DNA of 64,000 bases from Candidatus Poribacteria bacterium (GCA_965116925.1 OZ220744.1:928001-992000), one strand, 5' to 3'; positions 1-10,862 are shown, numbered from the stretch's first letter. Notes: generated from the sequence alone by a model not told the origin. Made by a program: numbers and translations.

Positions 1-657
1 GACAAAGAGCGGGACGGGCAGCCCTTTCCGGGGGAAAGCCGTCAGTCGCTCTACGGCATTGCCGAAAGCACCCCATTGCTGACAGATCTAGTGGAGGATG
101 ATCGGATTTATAAAACAGTCGAATCTCTCTTAGGAGAAGGATTTATGTGGCTGTGTTCCGAGGGAAACCTCTACGTGGGGGATACCGATTGGCATCCAGA
201 TGGAACTCGACTGGAGTATCGACCGATGAAGGTATCGTTGTATCTCGATCCGCTGACAAAGGAGACAGGTTGTTTGCGTGTCATCCCCGGTTCCCATCGC
301 ACCCCCCTGCACGAAACGCTCAAACCGTGGGCACAGTTCGGTCTCCCCGGCACCGATGTACCCTGTTTTCCGTTTGAATCGCAGCCCGGAGATGTCTTTT
401 TCGCGGATATGAACACGTGGCATGCGTCCTTCGGCGGCAGGACGGGGCGTCGGCATCTAGCGGTCAACTTTGTGCCTAAACCCACCACCGCATCGGATAT
501 AACCGTGTTGAAAGAGAATCATCAGGGTGTCTTGAATTTGATTGAGCGATTGCAGTACAGTCAACCGGGACGGGCTTTTTCTGACGATTTTCTTCACAGT
601 AATCGTCCGCGCATCCAACGGTTGACCGCCAAGTGGGTAGAGTTGGGGTTGGAGTAG
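1..657 (+). CDS. PhyH-family (phytanoyl-CoA dioxygenase-like) Fe(II)/2OG dioxygenase, 5' end outside window
   Basis: Frame is open from base 1. Motifs WHPDG, GCLRVIPGSH and WHAS give the HxD...H triad. Confidence 0.85.
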   Translation, partial: DKERDGQPFPGESRQSLYGIAESTPLLTDLVEDDRIYKTVESLLGEGFMWLCSEGNLYVGDTDWHPDGTRLEYRPMKVSLYLDPLTKETGCLRVIPGSHRTPLHETLKPWAQFGLPGTDVPCFPFESQPGDVFFADMNTWHASFGGRTGRRHLAVNFVPKPTTASDITVLKENHQGVLNLIERLQYSQPGRAFSDDFLHSNRPRIQRLTAKWVELGLE

Positions 658-733
658 CTGCCCAAAATGCCTCACAAACCACACTTTATTGATTGCCTAG
701 TGCAAAACTTACCAGCGTAATGAGGAGAATTCT

Positions 734-1834
734 ATGAAAATCACAGATCTTAAAGTCTTTGCTGTGGATCAGTTTGTATATGTCAAGATCGAAACCGACG
801 AGGGAATATACGGGGTTGGAGAAGCCTCGCTCAGCGGTAGATCGTTGGCTGTCGTTGGAGCTTTGGAACATCATCTCAAACCGCTCCTGATGGGCCAAGA
901 CGCAACCCGAATCGAGCATATATGGCAGGACATTTTTCGAGGCACATTCTGGCGTGGCGGGCCCGTGCTGCAATCTGCGCTTGCAGGAATAGACATCGCA
1001 CTGTGGGATTTAGCAGGAAAGGCACTCGGTGTACCGACCTATCGACTCCTTGGTGGCGCAACACGGGACAAAGTTCTGGTTTATCGCCATGCTGGTTTGG
1101 AAGGTGCAAAGCAGATGGTAGATGAGGGGTGGAAGGTCCTACGGATTTCGCCGATTCGATGCGATGGCGGCTTTAATCAGAAGGAAGCAACCCTGCGTGG
1201 GATTGAGTACATGAAAGCGGTACGGCAGGCAGTCGGTGATGAGATTGAAATCATCTTTGAAGTGCATACACGATTGACACCGCCTCACGCGATTCAGCTG
1301 TGCAACGGAATTGAAGAATACCATCCATTTTTCGTTGAAGATCCGATTCGTTCAGAAAATCCAGCCTCATTTGCCACGCTCCGGGCGCATACAAATGTCC
1401 CAATTGGCACAGGTGAACAGCTACCGACGAAGTGGCTGTTTCGTGAATTGATTGAACAGGAGTTGATTGACTACCTCCGGGTGGACATCTGCCATAGCGG
1501 TGGAATCACCGAAGGCAAGAAGATTGCAGTGATGGGAGAGGTGCATTATCAAGAGCTTGCTTGCCATTACACAGGGAGTCCTGTGAGTACGGCGGCGATG
1601 CTGCATCTGAATATGTCAGTTCCGAACTGTGCGGTACAGGAGTATGGGGTGCACACCGATTGGATGAATGAGGTCATCCCAAACGATATGCGGACGGAGG
1701 AGGGTTATCTTTTTGCAACGGATGCGCCGGGCTTAGGCATTGACTTGAACGAGGAAGCCGCAGCCAAATATCCGCACGATTCAAAGGATCCCACCCATCT
1801 GCGACGCGAGGACGGGTCAGTGCAAGATTGGTGA
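734..1834 (+). CDS. Mandelate racemase/enolase-superfamily dehydratase (galactonate dehydratase-like)
   Basis: N-terminal KIETDEGIYGVGE, SALAGIDIALWDLAGK, metal-ligand segments EVH, EDP and GEQ, C-terminal PGLGID and DGSVQDW. RBS GAGGAG. Confidence 0.85.
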   Translation: MKITDLKVFAVDQFVYVKIETDEGIYGVGEASLSGRSLAVVGALEHHLKPLLMGQDATRIEHIWQDIFRGTFWRGGPVLQSALAGIDIALWDLAGKALGVPTYRLLGGATRDKVLVYRHAGLEGAKQMVDEGWKVLRISPIRCDGGFNQKEATLRGIEYMKAVRQAVGDEIEIIFEVHTRLTPPHAIQLCNGIEEYHPFFVEDPIRSENPASFATLRAHTNVPIGTGEQLPTKWLFRELIEQELIDYLRVDICHSGGITEGKKIAVMGEVHYQELACHYTGSPVSTAAMLHLNMSVPNCAVQEYGVHTDWMNEVIPNDMRTEEGYLFATDAPGLGIDLNEEAAAKYPHDSKDPTHLRREDGSVQDW

Positions 1835-1986
1835 TATACTCCGCATCCATCGAAACGCCCCATGATTTTCATAACTCAACTGGACTAGAATTATTCTACA
1901 GCACTGCATTTTTCGGTGGAACAATGGCGTACCTGTCTGTTGGGTTAAACGAAACAAAGGTTACACGATTACAAATTCATCGTTTA

Positions 1987-2113
1987 ATGAAGTTTAAGTA
2001 TTTAAATCGGTAATCATGATTTTCCTCGAAACACCTCGAAACATACGGTAGGCGCGGTTTTCAACCGCGCTGGCGTCAATAGCAAATTACCGAATTATTT
2101 TTTTAATCTTCAT
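1987..2113. mobile_element. MITE family A, copy 1 (ATGAAG...CTTCAT, ~28-bp imperfect TIRs, internal GTAG-REP hairpin)
   Basis: Left end atgaagtttaagtatttaaatcggtaat, right end attaccgaattattttttttaatcttcat. Near-identical to 20946-21062 and 50792-50908, plus a 10-bp duplication (cctcgaaaca). Confidence 0.85.
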
Positions 2114-2165
2114 ATAACGATGCAAACTATATGTAGTGGAAATGCCACGCACAGGAAAGGAAACC

Positions 2166-3767
2166 ATGCCTACACTCGATTTCAAGGGAAAACAACATAT
2201 TTACGCCCACCATCTCACCGTACCCTATCGGACGATTGAAGCAGATGAAAGCCGCTCCTACAACCCGTCCAATACCAACGATAACCTCATCATCCATGGT
2301 GATAATCTACACGGCCTTAAAGCACTGCTGCCCCGATATGCAAATCGTGTTAAGTGTATCTATATCGACCCGCCCTACAACACTGGTAACGAGGGATGGT
2401 GCTATAATGACAGCGTAAACAGCCCCCTTATGCAGCAATGGCTTGTGGAGAACGCTCCTGTTGATAACGAAGATCTTGAGCGACATGACAAATGGCTCTG
2501 TATGATGTGGCCACGATTACATCTGCTCCAAGAACTGCTTGCTGAAGATGGTATAATCTTTATCTCTATTGATGATAATGAACACCACCACCTGCGGATG
2601 CTGATGGATGAGATTTTTGGAGCGGAGAATTTCATAGGGACCTTTCTCTGGAAAAAGAAGGGCACATCTACTAATGTGAGAGGAACTAGTGTAAGTGCTA
2701 CTGCTGATTATCAACTGTGTTATCGAAAGTCTATTATGGGCTTTATAACGCCAAGGGTGACACCGAAAGAAACTAGACAATATCCGAACCAAGATGAACA
2801 AGGAAAATACAGAACATCAATAATCGAAAAGAGAAATGATGGCACCTATGCAAGACAGACGATGCGATTCCAAATATTGGGGCAGTATCCTCGGGAGGGG
2901 CGAAGATGGCAGATCGGTCAAAAAACTGCACGAGAATTGGAAGCAATGAATAGGTTCATCATTGACAATGGTATCGTTAAGAAAAAAATTTACGACTTCG
3001 AGGACAAGGACACCACTTCTGCCCACCCCACCTATTTACCTGACAGTTGTGGGAGTAGTGACAGTGCCAATAAGACGCTTTCTAGCATATTAGGTGATAG
3101 CGGCTTTGAAAATCCAAAGCCCGTCGAACTGATTGCACACTTACTAACATTGTCAAGTGGTCCAAACGACATCGTCCTTGATTCCTTCGCTGGTTCTGGC
3201 ACAACAGCACACGCGGTCCTAGCACTGAATAAGAAAGATGGTGGCAACCGAAAGTTTATCCTCATTGAATGCGAGGATTACGCAGATACCATCACCGCCG
3301 AACGGGTCCGCCGGGTTATCAATGGTGTTCCCAACATCGACGATGCTTCACTACGTGAGGGTTTGGGTGGTTCCTTTACCTACAGCACATTGGGCAAACC
3401 GATCGAAATGGAAGGGATGCTTACTGGGGAGGCACTCCCGTCTTACGAATCACTCGCTGCCCATCTACTGTGTATTGCTTCTGGAGTTTCTGTTGGTGCG
3501 AATGTGTTAGATCCGAAAAACCGTAATGGTTTGTTTCACAGCAGTGGTGGAATTGACTACTATCTGTTCTACAAACCCGATCTTGAATATTTAGAGAGTC
3601 CCGAGGCGATGCTTAACTTAGAGCGGGCGGAACGTATCCGTGACGCTAATCATCAGAACGGGGTTAAGGCGATTGTTTATGCGCCGGGTAAATACATTAG
3701 CCAGCGTGAACTCACAGGGATGGGGATTACGTTTTGTCAACTCCCTCATGCGCTGCATAAAAGATAA
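2166..3767 (+). CDS. mod: Type III R-M system DNA adenine methyltransferase (Mod)
   Basis: IHGDNL, IYIDPPYNTG, IFISIDDNE, FENPKP and VLDSFAGSGTT motifs in beta-class order. Adjacent to a Res gene. ATG at 2166 follows an AGGAAAGGA RBS. Confidence 0.9.
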   Translation: MPTLDFKGKQHIYAHHLTVPYRTIEADESRSYNPSNTNDNLIIHGDNLHGLKALLPRYANRVKCIYIDPPYNTGNEGWCYNDSVNSPLMQQWLVENAPVDNEDLERHDKWLCMMWPRLHLLQELLAEDGIIFISIDDNEHHHLRMLMDEIFGAENFIGTFLWKKKGTSTNVRGTSVSATADYQLCYRKSIMGFITPRVTPKETRQYPNQDEQGKYRTSIIEKRNDGTYARQTMRFQILGQYPREGRRWQIGQKTARELEAMNRFIIDNGIVKKKIYDFEDKDTTSAHPTYLPDSCGSSDSANKTLSSILGDSGFENPKPVELIAHLLTLSSGPNDIVLDSFAGSGTTAHAVLALNKKDGGNRKFILIECEDYADTITAERVRRVINGVPNIDDASLREGLGGSFTYSTLGKPIEMEGMLTGEALPSYESLAAHLLCIASGVSVGANVLDPKNRNGLFHSSGGIDYYLFYKPDLEYLESPEAMLNLERAERIRDANHQNGVKAIVYAPGKYISQRELTGMGITFCQLPHALHKR

Positions 3768-3779
3768 AGAGGTGCTGCT

Positions 3780-6311
3780 ATGATAGAATTGAAAACGTAT
3801 CAGTTACATACACTTGAGGCTTTTACCAAGTGGCTAGAGATACTTAAAGAAACACAGGCTCAATCAGAAACAGCGGTTCGGGCGCTGAAACAGGCAGGGG
3901 TTGATATTCCGAATGAGATTCGTAATTATCCCCAAACAACGTGGGATAAACTAAAGGGCACTGGTGAGGTAGCAGGAAGTGCCGGTGAATACGTCACTCG
4001 CACTGATGGTGTTGGCCGTCCAATTCCCCATATTTGTTTCAAAGTGCCCACAGGTGGCGGTAAAACTTTGCTCGCTGCCGCTGCTTTGGAACGACTCCAT
4101 CGGCAAACTGGGCTAACATTATGGATTGTGCCTAGCAAGGCTATCTATGCACAAACGAAAGATTCCCTGTGGAATAGGGAGCATCCATATCGTCAAATGT
4201 TAGAGCGGGCAAGTGCTGGTCGCGTTAAAATGCTGGAAAAGGATGATGCTTTCAACAGAGACGATATAGCTAATTATCTGTGCGTGATGCTACTGATGTT
4301 ACCGGCGGCTAACCGACAAAAAGGGAAAGAATTTCTGCGTATGTTTAAGGACGCTGGGCGTTATCCCAGTTTTTTTCCGGATGGCGATGATCTCCTCAGT
4401 GATGGGCGTATGATGGCAGACTACCCTGACTTGGAATGTAATTTTGAAGGTGGATCTATCAAGCACAGTTTGTTTAATGTGCTCAAGATATTGCGTCCTG
4501 TTGTTGTTCTTGATGAAGCGCATAAGGCATACGGTTCGACAAACAGGCGTACTAATGAAGAATTTGCCCAGTCCATCAACCGTCTGAATCCCCGATTAGT
4601 TGTTGAACTCTCTGCAACTCCGAACCACGGCATAAGCAATCTGCTCGTTGATATCGAAGGTCCCGACTTAAAAAAAGAACAAATGATTAAATTGCCAGTG
4701 CAGGTGAAATCATTCATGAATGCGGAGTGGCAATTAACGCTGGGACAGGCGGTCGAGGAGTTGAATCGTCTAGAAGCTGAAGCTAGGGCATTTCAGAATA
4801 GTACGGGACGTTATATTCGTCCGATTGCTGTCGTGCGTGTTGAGCGAACCGCGCAAAAACAGATAGATAGTGAGTACATTCACGCGGAGGATGTGCGAAG
4901 GTACCTCACGCAAAATTTACTCGTACCTGCGGAAGCGATTCGCGTCAAATCCGCTGAAAGTGATGAGTTGGGGCGGGAGGATCTGCTCTCCGAATTTTCG
5001 TCAGTGCGATGGGTTATAACAAAATCCGCGTTGATGGAAGGTTGGGACTGCCCTTTTGCCTATCTATTGGTGATGTTGGACAATACGCAAGCGCAACGGG
5101 CAATAACGCAGCTAGTAGGGCGAGTGATGAGGCAGCCGCACGCGCAACTCACTGGTAGGAGTGCCTTAGATCAGTGTTATGTCTATTGTCATAACGCCGA
5201 GGTCGGCACTGTCGTCGAGCAAGTCAAAAAGGGGTTAGAGGCGGAAGGACTAACGAAGTTGGGTAATGAGGTAATGGGTTCGTCGCAGGAAGAGGACGAT
5301 AGGCAGCAGCAAACCGTGCGTCGCCGCAATCAGTTTCGAGGTCAGGAAATCTTTCTGCCAAAGGTGTGCCATAAGAATGGCGATGATTGGGTGGAACTCG
5401 ATTATCAATCACATATCCTGCCGCATATAGATTGGCTAGCAATTGAATCACCTACCCCGAAAGCCCTAGCAGCCGAAGGTGTGAAAGAACAATCCGCTGT
5501 GTATGATTTTAATGAGACATCAACGGTTTTCTATGACGAAAAAGAGTTGGATATTGACAAAACAGTCAAAATCTCCGACTTCACACGCCATTTGTCGGAT
5601 ATCTTTCCCAATCCGTGGCACGCCGCTCGTATTGCAAAGCAGCTAAGTGAAAGTCTGAAGCGGGAGGGCAAAACGGAAGCGTATATTTACGACCGACGTT
5701 CGCGTTTCTCACATCAGTTGCGGGAGCATGTTAAAAAAGAAGTGGAAGCACAGGCGGAGCAAGTTTTTCGCGATAAACTGAGAGCGGATGAAATCAAATT
5801 CGACTTACAGACCCGCCAATCGAATTACTGTATGCCACAAAAATATGACATACAGGTTCGTTCTAAAGAGCCTCTATTAAGAAATTATGAACCTTTGCAG
5901 CTTAGTCTATTTGGTCCGGTATTCGTAGAACATTTTGATTCTGAGTTAGAAAAGAAATTTGCATGTTATCTGGATGGACGGAAAGCATTACAGTGGTGGC
6001 ATCGGGTCGCGGCGCGTCAACGGGGCGAGTATTATGTGCAAGGGTGGAAACAAGAACGTATTTACCCTGACTTCGTTGCAATGGCAAGTAACAAAAACCT
6101 GCTGATTTGCGAGACAAAGGGGGAACATCTGCGTGGCAACCCTGACACAGTGTACAAGCAGAAAGTGTTGGAAGCACTTGCGGAACAATTTAATACCGTC
6201 GGCACGGTGACGTTTCATGAGGTTCCCCAAATTATCTTTCAAATGGTGTTCAGCGAGGAAGAGTTTCTAGAGATAGGCGCACAGTTGGGCGAGAACTCAT
6301 CGGATGTCTAA
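3780..6311 (+). CDS. res: Type III R-M system restriction subunit (Res; SF2 helicase plus PD-(D/E)xK nuclease)
   Basis: Walker A PTGGGKT, DEAH, LSAT, EGWDCP, QLVGRVMR, C-terminal YPDF...ICETKG. Confidence 0.9.
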   Translation: MIELKTYQLHTLEAFTKWLEILKETQAQSETAVRALKQAGVDIPNEIRNYPQTTWDKLKGTGEVAGSAGEYVTRTDGVGRPIPHICFKVPTGGGKTLLAAAALERLHRQTGLTLWIVPSKAIYAQTKDSLWNREHPYRQMLERASAGRVKMLEKDDAFNRDDIANYLCVMLLMLPAANRQKGKEFLRMFKDAGRYPSFFPDGDDLLSDGRMMADYPDLECNFEGGSIKHSLFNVLKILRPVVVLDEAHKAYGSTNRRTNEEFAQSINRLNPRLVVELSATPNHGISNLLVDIEGPDLKKEQMIKLPVQVKSFMNAEWQLTLGQAVEELNRLEAEARAFQNSTGRYIRPIAVVRVERTAQKQIDSEYIHAEDVRRYLTQNLLVPAEAIRVKSAESDELGREDLLSEFSSVRWVITKSALMEGWDCPFAYLLVMLDNTQAQRAITQLVGRVMRQPHAQLTGRSALDQCYVYCHNAEVGTVVEQVKKGLEAEGLTKLGNEVMGSSQEEDDRQQQTVRRRNQFRGQEIFLPKVCHKNGDDWVELDYQSHILPHIDWLAIESPTPKALAAEGVKEQSAVYDFNETSTVFYDEKELDIDKTVKISDFTRHLSDIFPNPWHAARIAKQLSESLKREGKTEAYIYDRRSRFSHQLREHVKKEVEAQAEQVFRDKLRADEIKFDLQTRQSNYCMPQKYDIQVRSKEPLLRNYEPLQLSLFGPVFVEHFDSELEKKFACYLDGRKALQWWHRVAARQRGEYYVQGWKQERIYPDFVAMASNKNLLICETKGEHLRGNPDTVYKQKVLEALAEQFNTVGTVTFHEVPQIIFQMVFSEEEFLEIGAQLGENSSDV

Positions 6312-6340
6312 AGAGGCGGGGTAATTGTGGAGGGCAAGAA

Positions 6341-7384
6341 GTGACATATATCGAAACCTTTAGCGAGTTTATAGAATGGATAGCACAGTTTAAAAATGGA
6401 CAGTATTTGTTTCGTGGTGTTTCAAGAGAATGCTACAAAATAGAAGCTTCTGCTTGTCGTCGCTTACCGACGGACAGCGATGATCCGAGTAAGCTCCTTG
6501 ATATCAATAAGCGACTGATAGATGATGCTCGGACTCTAGGACATGATCTGAAAAACGGACGACAACTCTTTGATCTGGATCTGCTTGCTGAACTTCAGCA
6601 TTGCGGTGCAGCTACCTGTTTAATAGATTTTACACACAGTGCATTGGTCGCGCTTTGGTTTGCCTGCCTACAAAGCACCGAAGGAGCAGCAAACGGCAAG
6701 GTTTTCGCTGTCCGTATTGATGAACCAGGACTCTTTGAAAAAGTTACTCCCGAATTGGTAACAAAGGAGGATATTGGTTACTTTTTCAGCCCTGATGAGT
6801 CTCAAGCATATCAGCTGTACCAATGGCAACCGAAACTCCAGAACAACCGTATTATCGCTCAACAATCCATTTTCTTATTTGGCGGTCGCCCAATTGTACC
6901 TGTGGCTGAATGTGTCATCCTAAAAGATTCCAAGCAGAGCATCCTGACATCTCTGAATCAATCATCAGGTATCACTGAAGCCAGTATGTTTCCTGATTTT
7001 GATGGATTTGCTCGTCTACATACCCATAAGAAACTAGACGTTGAGCCCGATGCTAAAGGCAACGTACAACGTGGTATTGATGCAGCCCAAAGAGGGGATA
7101 TAGATACTGCCATGAATTACTACAACAAGGCGATAGAAATGAACCCTGATTATGCCGATGCCTATTACTATCGCGGGAGGGCTTACTACAACAACAACGA
7201 TGATACCAATGCCATTGAAGAGTTTGACAAGGCGATAGAGCTAAACGTTGATTATGCCGATGCCTATCACCATCGCGGGAGGGCTTACTACAGAAGTGGT
7301 GAGATTGACCTCGCTACTACAGACTTTGCTGAAGCACAACGGCTCCGCACACTAGAACGAGAAAATAACACAGCAGCCCAATAA
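6341..7384 (+). CDS. FRG-domain protein with C-terminal TPR repeats
   Basis: YLFRG, LQHCGAATCLIDFT..ALVALWFAC and NRIIAQQSIF motifs, then about three 34-aa TPRs (YADAYYYRGRAY). Confidence 0.85.
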   Translation: MTYIETFSEFIEWIAQFKNGQYLFRGVSRECYKIEASACRRLPTDSDDPSKLLDINKRLIDDARTLGHDLKNGRQLFDLDLLAELQHCGAATCLIDFTHSALVALWFACLQSTEGAANGKVFAVRIDEPGLFEKVTPELVTKEDIGYFFSPDESQAYQLYQWQPKLQNNRIIAQQSIFLFGGRPIVPVAECVILKDSKQSILTSLNQSSGITEASMFPDFDGFARLHTHKKLDVEPDAKGNVQRGIDAAQRGDIDTAMNYYNKAIEMNPDYADAYYYRGRAYYNNNDDTNAIEEFDKAIELNVDYADAYHHRGRAYYRSGEIDLATTDFAEAQRLRTLERENNTAAQ

Positions 7385-7542
7385 TGCTGATATTTATTAC
7401 GTACGGGGAGACTAACTTCCGTGAAAGTGATTATAACTATGGCAGAGAGTAGAAACATCATTAGTGATATATTCCTCACTTTAGTTGGAAGGTTTGGTGT
7501 TACAGAATAAAGCGATAAGCTCGCAAACAATTGGGTCTATCT

Positions 7543-8952
7543 ATGAACAAAAAAACATGCGATATTCTTATTCATAACGGTCAGATTTTTTCAATGGATC
7601 CAGATCGCAGAATTTATTGTCCGGGTGCGGTGGCGATCACCGGTTCTCGTATTGTGGCGGTTGGGGCCGATGCCGAGCTGCGACAAAGCTTTGATGCGCG
7701 GGAGATGATCGACGCTTCAGGTGCTATCGTGCACCCCGGTTTCATTGATGCACACAATCATATTGTACATACCAGCTGCCGGGGTATTTTCGGTAGCTAC
7801 CACGATGCGGAATCCTTGCCTGTCAATTTTGCGGATTGGAAAGCAAGTGTTACCAACGCAGATGAAGCCGCAGCGACCACCATGGCGGGAATTGAGATGC
7901 TTCGTAACGGGTTCACGATGTTCATTGAACCGGGATCGCTCTTCTCAACGGAAGCAGCGGCGGAGGCGGTTGAGCATGTCGGTTTGAGAGCTCTTTTCTC
8001 TCCGCTGTATCTGTGGGACCGGGGCGAATCCTTTGAGGCGATTCCTACACTTGCAAGCCCCAGTCTCATGGCGCGCGCGACCATTGACCATGACCGGTGT
8101 ATAAAGGAGTTGGATGCAGAACTCCACCGAAACAAGAACGCCGATGCCTTAGTCCGTGGGTATATCTTCGTCTATGGAGAGGGGACTGCTTCGCCTGAAC
8201 TGTTGAGAGCAGCACACGCCTGTGCACGTGATAACGATGTTCCGCTGCATATACATGCCGGCTACCTCCCTGAAGGAGCGGATCTTTATCGTACCCTAAC
8301 CGGGAAACGCCACCTCGTACATCTGCAAGAGTTGGGATTCTTGGACGAAAACACCGTTGTTGTGCATGCGAGCGCACTGGATGCGGACGAGGAAACCGCA
8401 GTTCACGAAACGGGTTGCCAAATTGTATGGTGTCCGATAGCATTCTTCTCGCTCGGTATCACATTCAGCATAACCTTTAAGATGGCAGAACGATATCGCC
8501 GTGGCGTCTGTGTCTCGCTTGGCACCGATGGAGCTCGCGACTGTACGCCGGGAGAAACCATGCTCACAGCGCACCAGGTCGCGCAATCCTATGCCGATCC
8601 CGTCTCTCCCGGCACCTTGCTCGAAATGCAAACCCTCAACGCAGCAGCGGCAGCCGGCCTAGAGGCAGAGTTGGGTAGCTTAGAACCCGGCAAACGTGCG
8701 GATATCGTTGTGAGATCCGCACGGTCGTCTGAAGCCTATCCCGATAACAACCTCGTTCACGCGCTGGCGTTAAGATTGAGGGCGGGCAGTGTAGATACGG
8801 TTCTAGTCAACGGCGAGGTTGTTTTCCGCGAAGGGCATTCGACGCGCGTGGATGAACTTGAGGCATATCAAGCTGTCTCTAAATCGGTTGTTGCGCGGGC
8901 GGCGCGGCTTGGAATCGAACTGAATCCTGAGTGGCAAGTCGTGAAGTCATAG
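7543..8952 (+). CDS. Metal-dependent amidohydrolase (MTA/SAH deaminase / Atz-Trz-like)
   Basis: PGFIDAHNH, HIH, VVH, LGTDG and GSLEPGKRADIVV. Confidence 0.85.
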   Translation: MNKKTCDILIHNGQIFSMDPDRRIYCPGAVAITGSRIVAVGADAELRQSFDAREMIDASGAIVHPGFIDAHNHIVHTSCRGIFGSYHDAESLPVNFADWKASVTNADEAAATTMAGIEMLRNGFTMFIEPGSLFSTEAAAEAVEHVGLRALFSPLYLWDRGESFEAIPTLASPSLMARATIDHDRCIKELDAELHRNKNADALVRGYIFVYGEGTASPELLRAAHACARDNDVPLHIHAGYLPEGADLYRTLTGKRHLVHLQELGFLDENTVVVHASALDADEETAVHETGCQIVWCPIAFFSLGITFSITFKMAERYRRGVCVSLGTDGARDCTPGETMLTAHQVAQSYADPVSPGTLLEMQTLNAAAAAGLEAELGSLEPGKRADIVVRSARSSEAYPDNNLVHALALRLRAGSVDTVLVNGEVVFREGHSTRVDELEAYQAVSKSVVARAARLGIELNPEWQVVKS

Positions 8953-8991
8953 TACCTACGACTGTATTTGACTCCTACGGAAAGTGGAAGC

Positions 8992-9783
8992 ATGTCATCT
9001 GAAGGACCACTGATTACTAATCTAGCTAAAAATATCCTCAAAAATGGGGGACCGGTATTTGGGTTCAACGTGTTTGAGTCCCTTCGTCCCTCTGTTGCCA
9101 AGATAGCAGCACGGACTGGATATAACATGCTGCTTGTTGAGAACGAGCATGTCCTGCACAATGACGAAACCCTAACAAATTTTTTAGTCATAGCTAGGGA
9201 CAACGGTCTTTCACCTGCCGTAACCGTTTTAGTCCCCTCTCGTCCAATCGTGTCCCGTGTGCTCGATGCGGGTGCGCTCGGAATCTGCCTCTCTCATGCT
9301 GAGACTCCCGATCAGGTGGAAGAGCTGGTACGTTGGATGAAATATGCACCGGTAGGTGAACGAGGGCTGGCAATGGGGGCAAATGTAGATTATACAGAAG
9401 CGGATGCCGCCCGATACTGCGAAGAGGCGAATGCGGCAACATTGCTGATGCTCAAGATCGAATCTTGGCGAGGTGTCGAGAATGCCGAAGCGATGCTGTC
9501 TAACGAATGGGTGGATGCCGTTGTATTCGGTCCTGGTGACCTGGCGGCAAAGATGGGGTTCCACGGGGAATGGGAACACCCCCAAGTGGTCGCTGCGATG
9601 GAGCATGTCATTGAAATTGCCCTGGCTAGAAATTTACCTGTAGAGCCAGCGATTTATCCAAAAAACCGTGCGGAGTATCAACAGCAGCGGGAGCGTGGCA
9701 TCCAACTCTTTGGCAGCCTCAGAAGTCCCGAATACAGTTTATTGCGGGAAGCCGCATCGCAGGCTATGTCGATATATCGGTAG
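8992..9783 (+). CDS. HpcH/HpaI aldolase/citrate lyase family protein
   Basis: ENEH, LDAGALG, KYAPVGERG, KIES and FGPGDL. Confidence 0.85.
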   Translation: MSSEGPLITNLAKNILKNGGPVFGFNVFESLRPSVAKIAARTGYNMLLVENEHVLHNDETLTNFLVIARDNGLSPAVTVLVPSRPIVSRVLDAGALGICLSHAETPDQVEELVRWMKYAPVGERGLAMGANVDYTEADAARYCEEANAATLLMLKIESWRGVENAEAMLSNEWVDAVVFGPGDLAAKMGFHGEWEHPQVVAAMEHVIEIALARNLPVEPAIYPKNRAEYQQQRERGIQLFGSLRSPEYSLLREAASQAMSIYR

Positions 9784-9824
9784 GGAGGATTATACTTCGT
9801 TTTTTAGGGATTAGGAGAGAAGAC

Positions 9825-10862
9825 ATGGAAAGAAAATTTACGCTTGGAATTACCAGAGATATCTTCGATGCGGAAGGGAATTTAGACATCCCCGGTCCGG
9901 GGCTTGAACTCCTTGACGAGATGCCTGAGATAGAATATCGGAAGTTTGATCAGTTTCTGCCAGAAGTCACCGCCGAGCAGATACAGGATTGTGATATGGT
10001 CATTAGTGCGGCAGCCAAATGGACCGAACGTTCAGTCATCGGAAACGATCGACTTATCGCCCTGCTGTACACTGGAGTGGGCTACGATCACATCGACGTA
10101 AAGGCGTTGACCGACGCGGGGGTTCTGTTCTGCTTTGCGCCCGATGCTGTCCGTCGCCCTATGGCTTGCACCATCATAACTTTCATCTTAGCACTTGCGA
10201 TGAAATTGATGGCGAAAGACAAAATCACCCGTCAGGGACGCTGGTCAGAACAGAATGACTATCGTGGCGAAGGGTTGACGGGCAAGACGCTCGGATCCAT
10301 CGGTGTTGGCAACATCGGTCATGAAGTATTTGTATTGGCGCAGCCGTTCGGTATGCGGCATCTGGGTTGCGACCCTTACATAAAGCAGGCGAATGTGGAT
10401 GATGTCGGCGTACAGTTGGTGGACATGGACACTTTGTTAGCGGAGTCGGACTTTGTGAGTATCAGTGTGCCATTGAACGAGGAAACGCGACATCTCGTTG
10501 GAGAGCAAGAGTTACGCAAGATGAAATCAACTGCTTATCTGATAAGCACCTCACGGGGACCCGTAGTTGATGAAGCAGCACTAATTCAAGCGTTACAGGA
10601 GGGATGGATCACAGGCGCGGGAATTGATGTTTTCGAGCAGGAACCCGTCGATCCTGATAATCCGATACTCGGTATGGACAATGTGGTAGTATCCCCACAC
10701 TCCCTGTGTCATACCGATGAATACTACAAACTTGCTTGGAGCGGTAAACTTCGACAGGCAGCGCAAATTCTCCGGGGTGAAATTCCCGAAGAATTAGTTA
10801 ATAGGGAAGTTCTCGAAACACTGGCGTTTCAAACGAAGTTCAAGAAATTTCAAATATCCTAG
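9825..10862 (+). CDS. D-isomer-specific 2-hydroxyacid dehydrogenase
   Basis: GVGYDHID, GVGNIG, SRGPVVDE, DVFEQEP and SPH. Confidence 0.9.
   Translation: MERKFTLGITRDIFDAEGNLDIPGPGLELLDEMPEIEYRKFDQFLPEVTAEQIQDCDMVISAAAKWTERSVIGNDRLIALLYTGVGYDHIDVKALTDAGVLFCFAPDAVRRPMACTIITFILALAMKLMAKDKITRQGRWSEQNDYRGEGLTGKTLGSIGVGNIGHEVFVLAQPFGMRHLGCDPYIKQANVDDVGVQLVDMDTLLAESDFVSISVPLNEETRHLVGEQELRKMKSTAYLISTSRGPVVDEAALIQALQEGWITGAGIDVFEQEPVDPDNPILGMDNVVVSPHSLCHTDEYYKLAWSGKLRQAAQILRGEIPEELVNREVLETLAFQTKFKKFQIS

Noticed and set aside
2166..3767. Phase-variable mod (phasevarion)
   Set aside because: No simple-sequence repeat tract was seen near the 5' end and the frame is intact.
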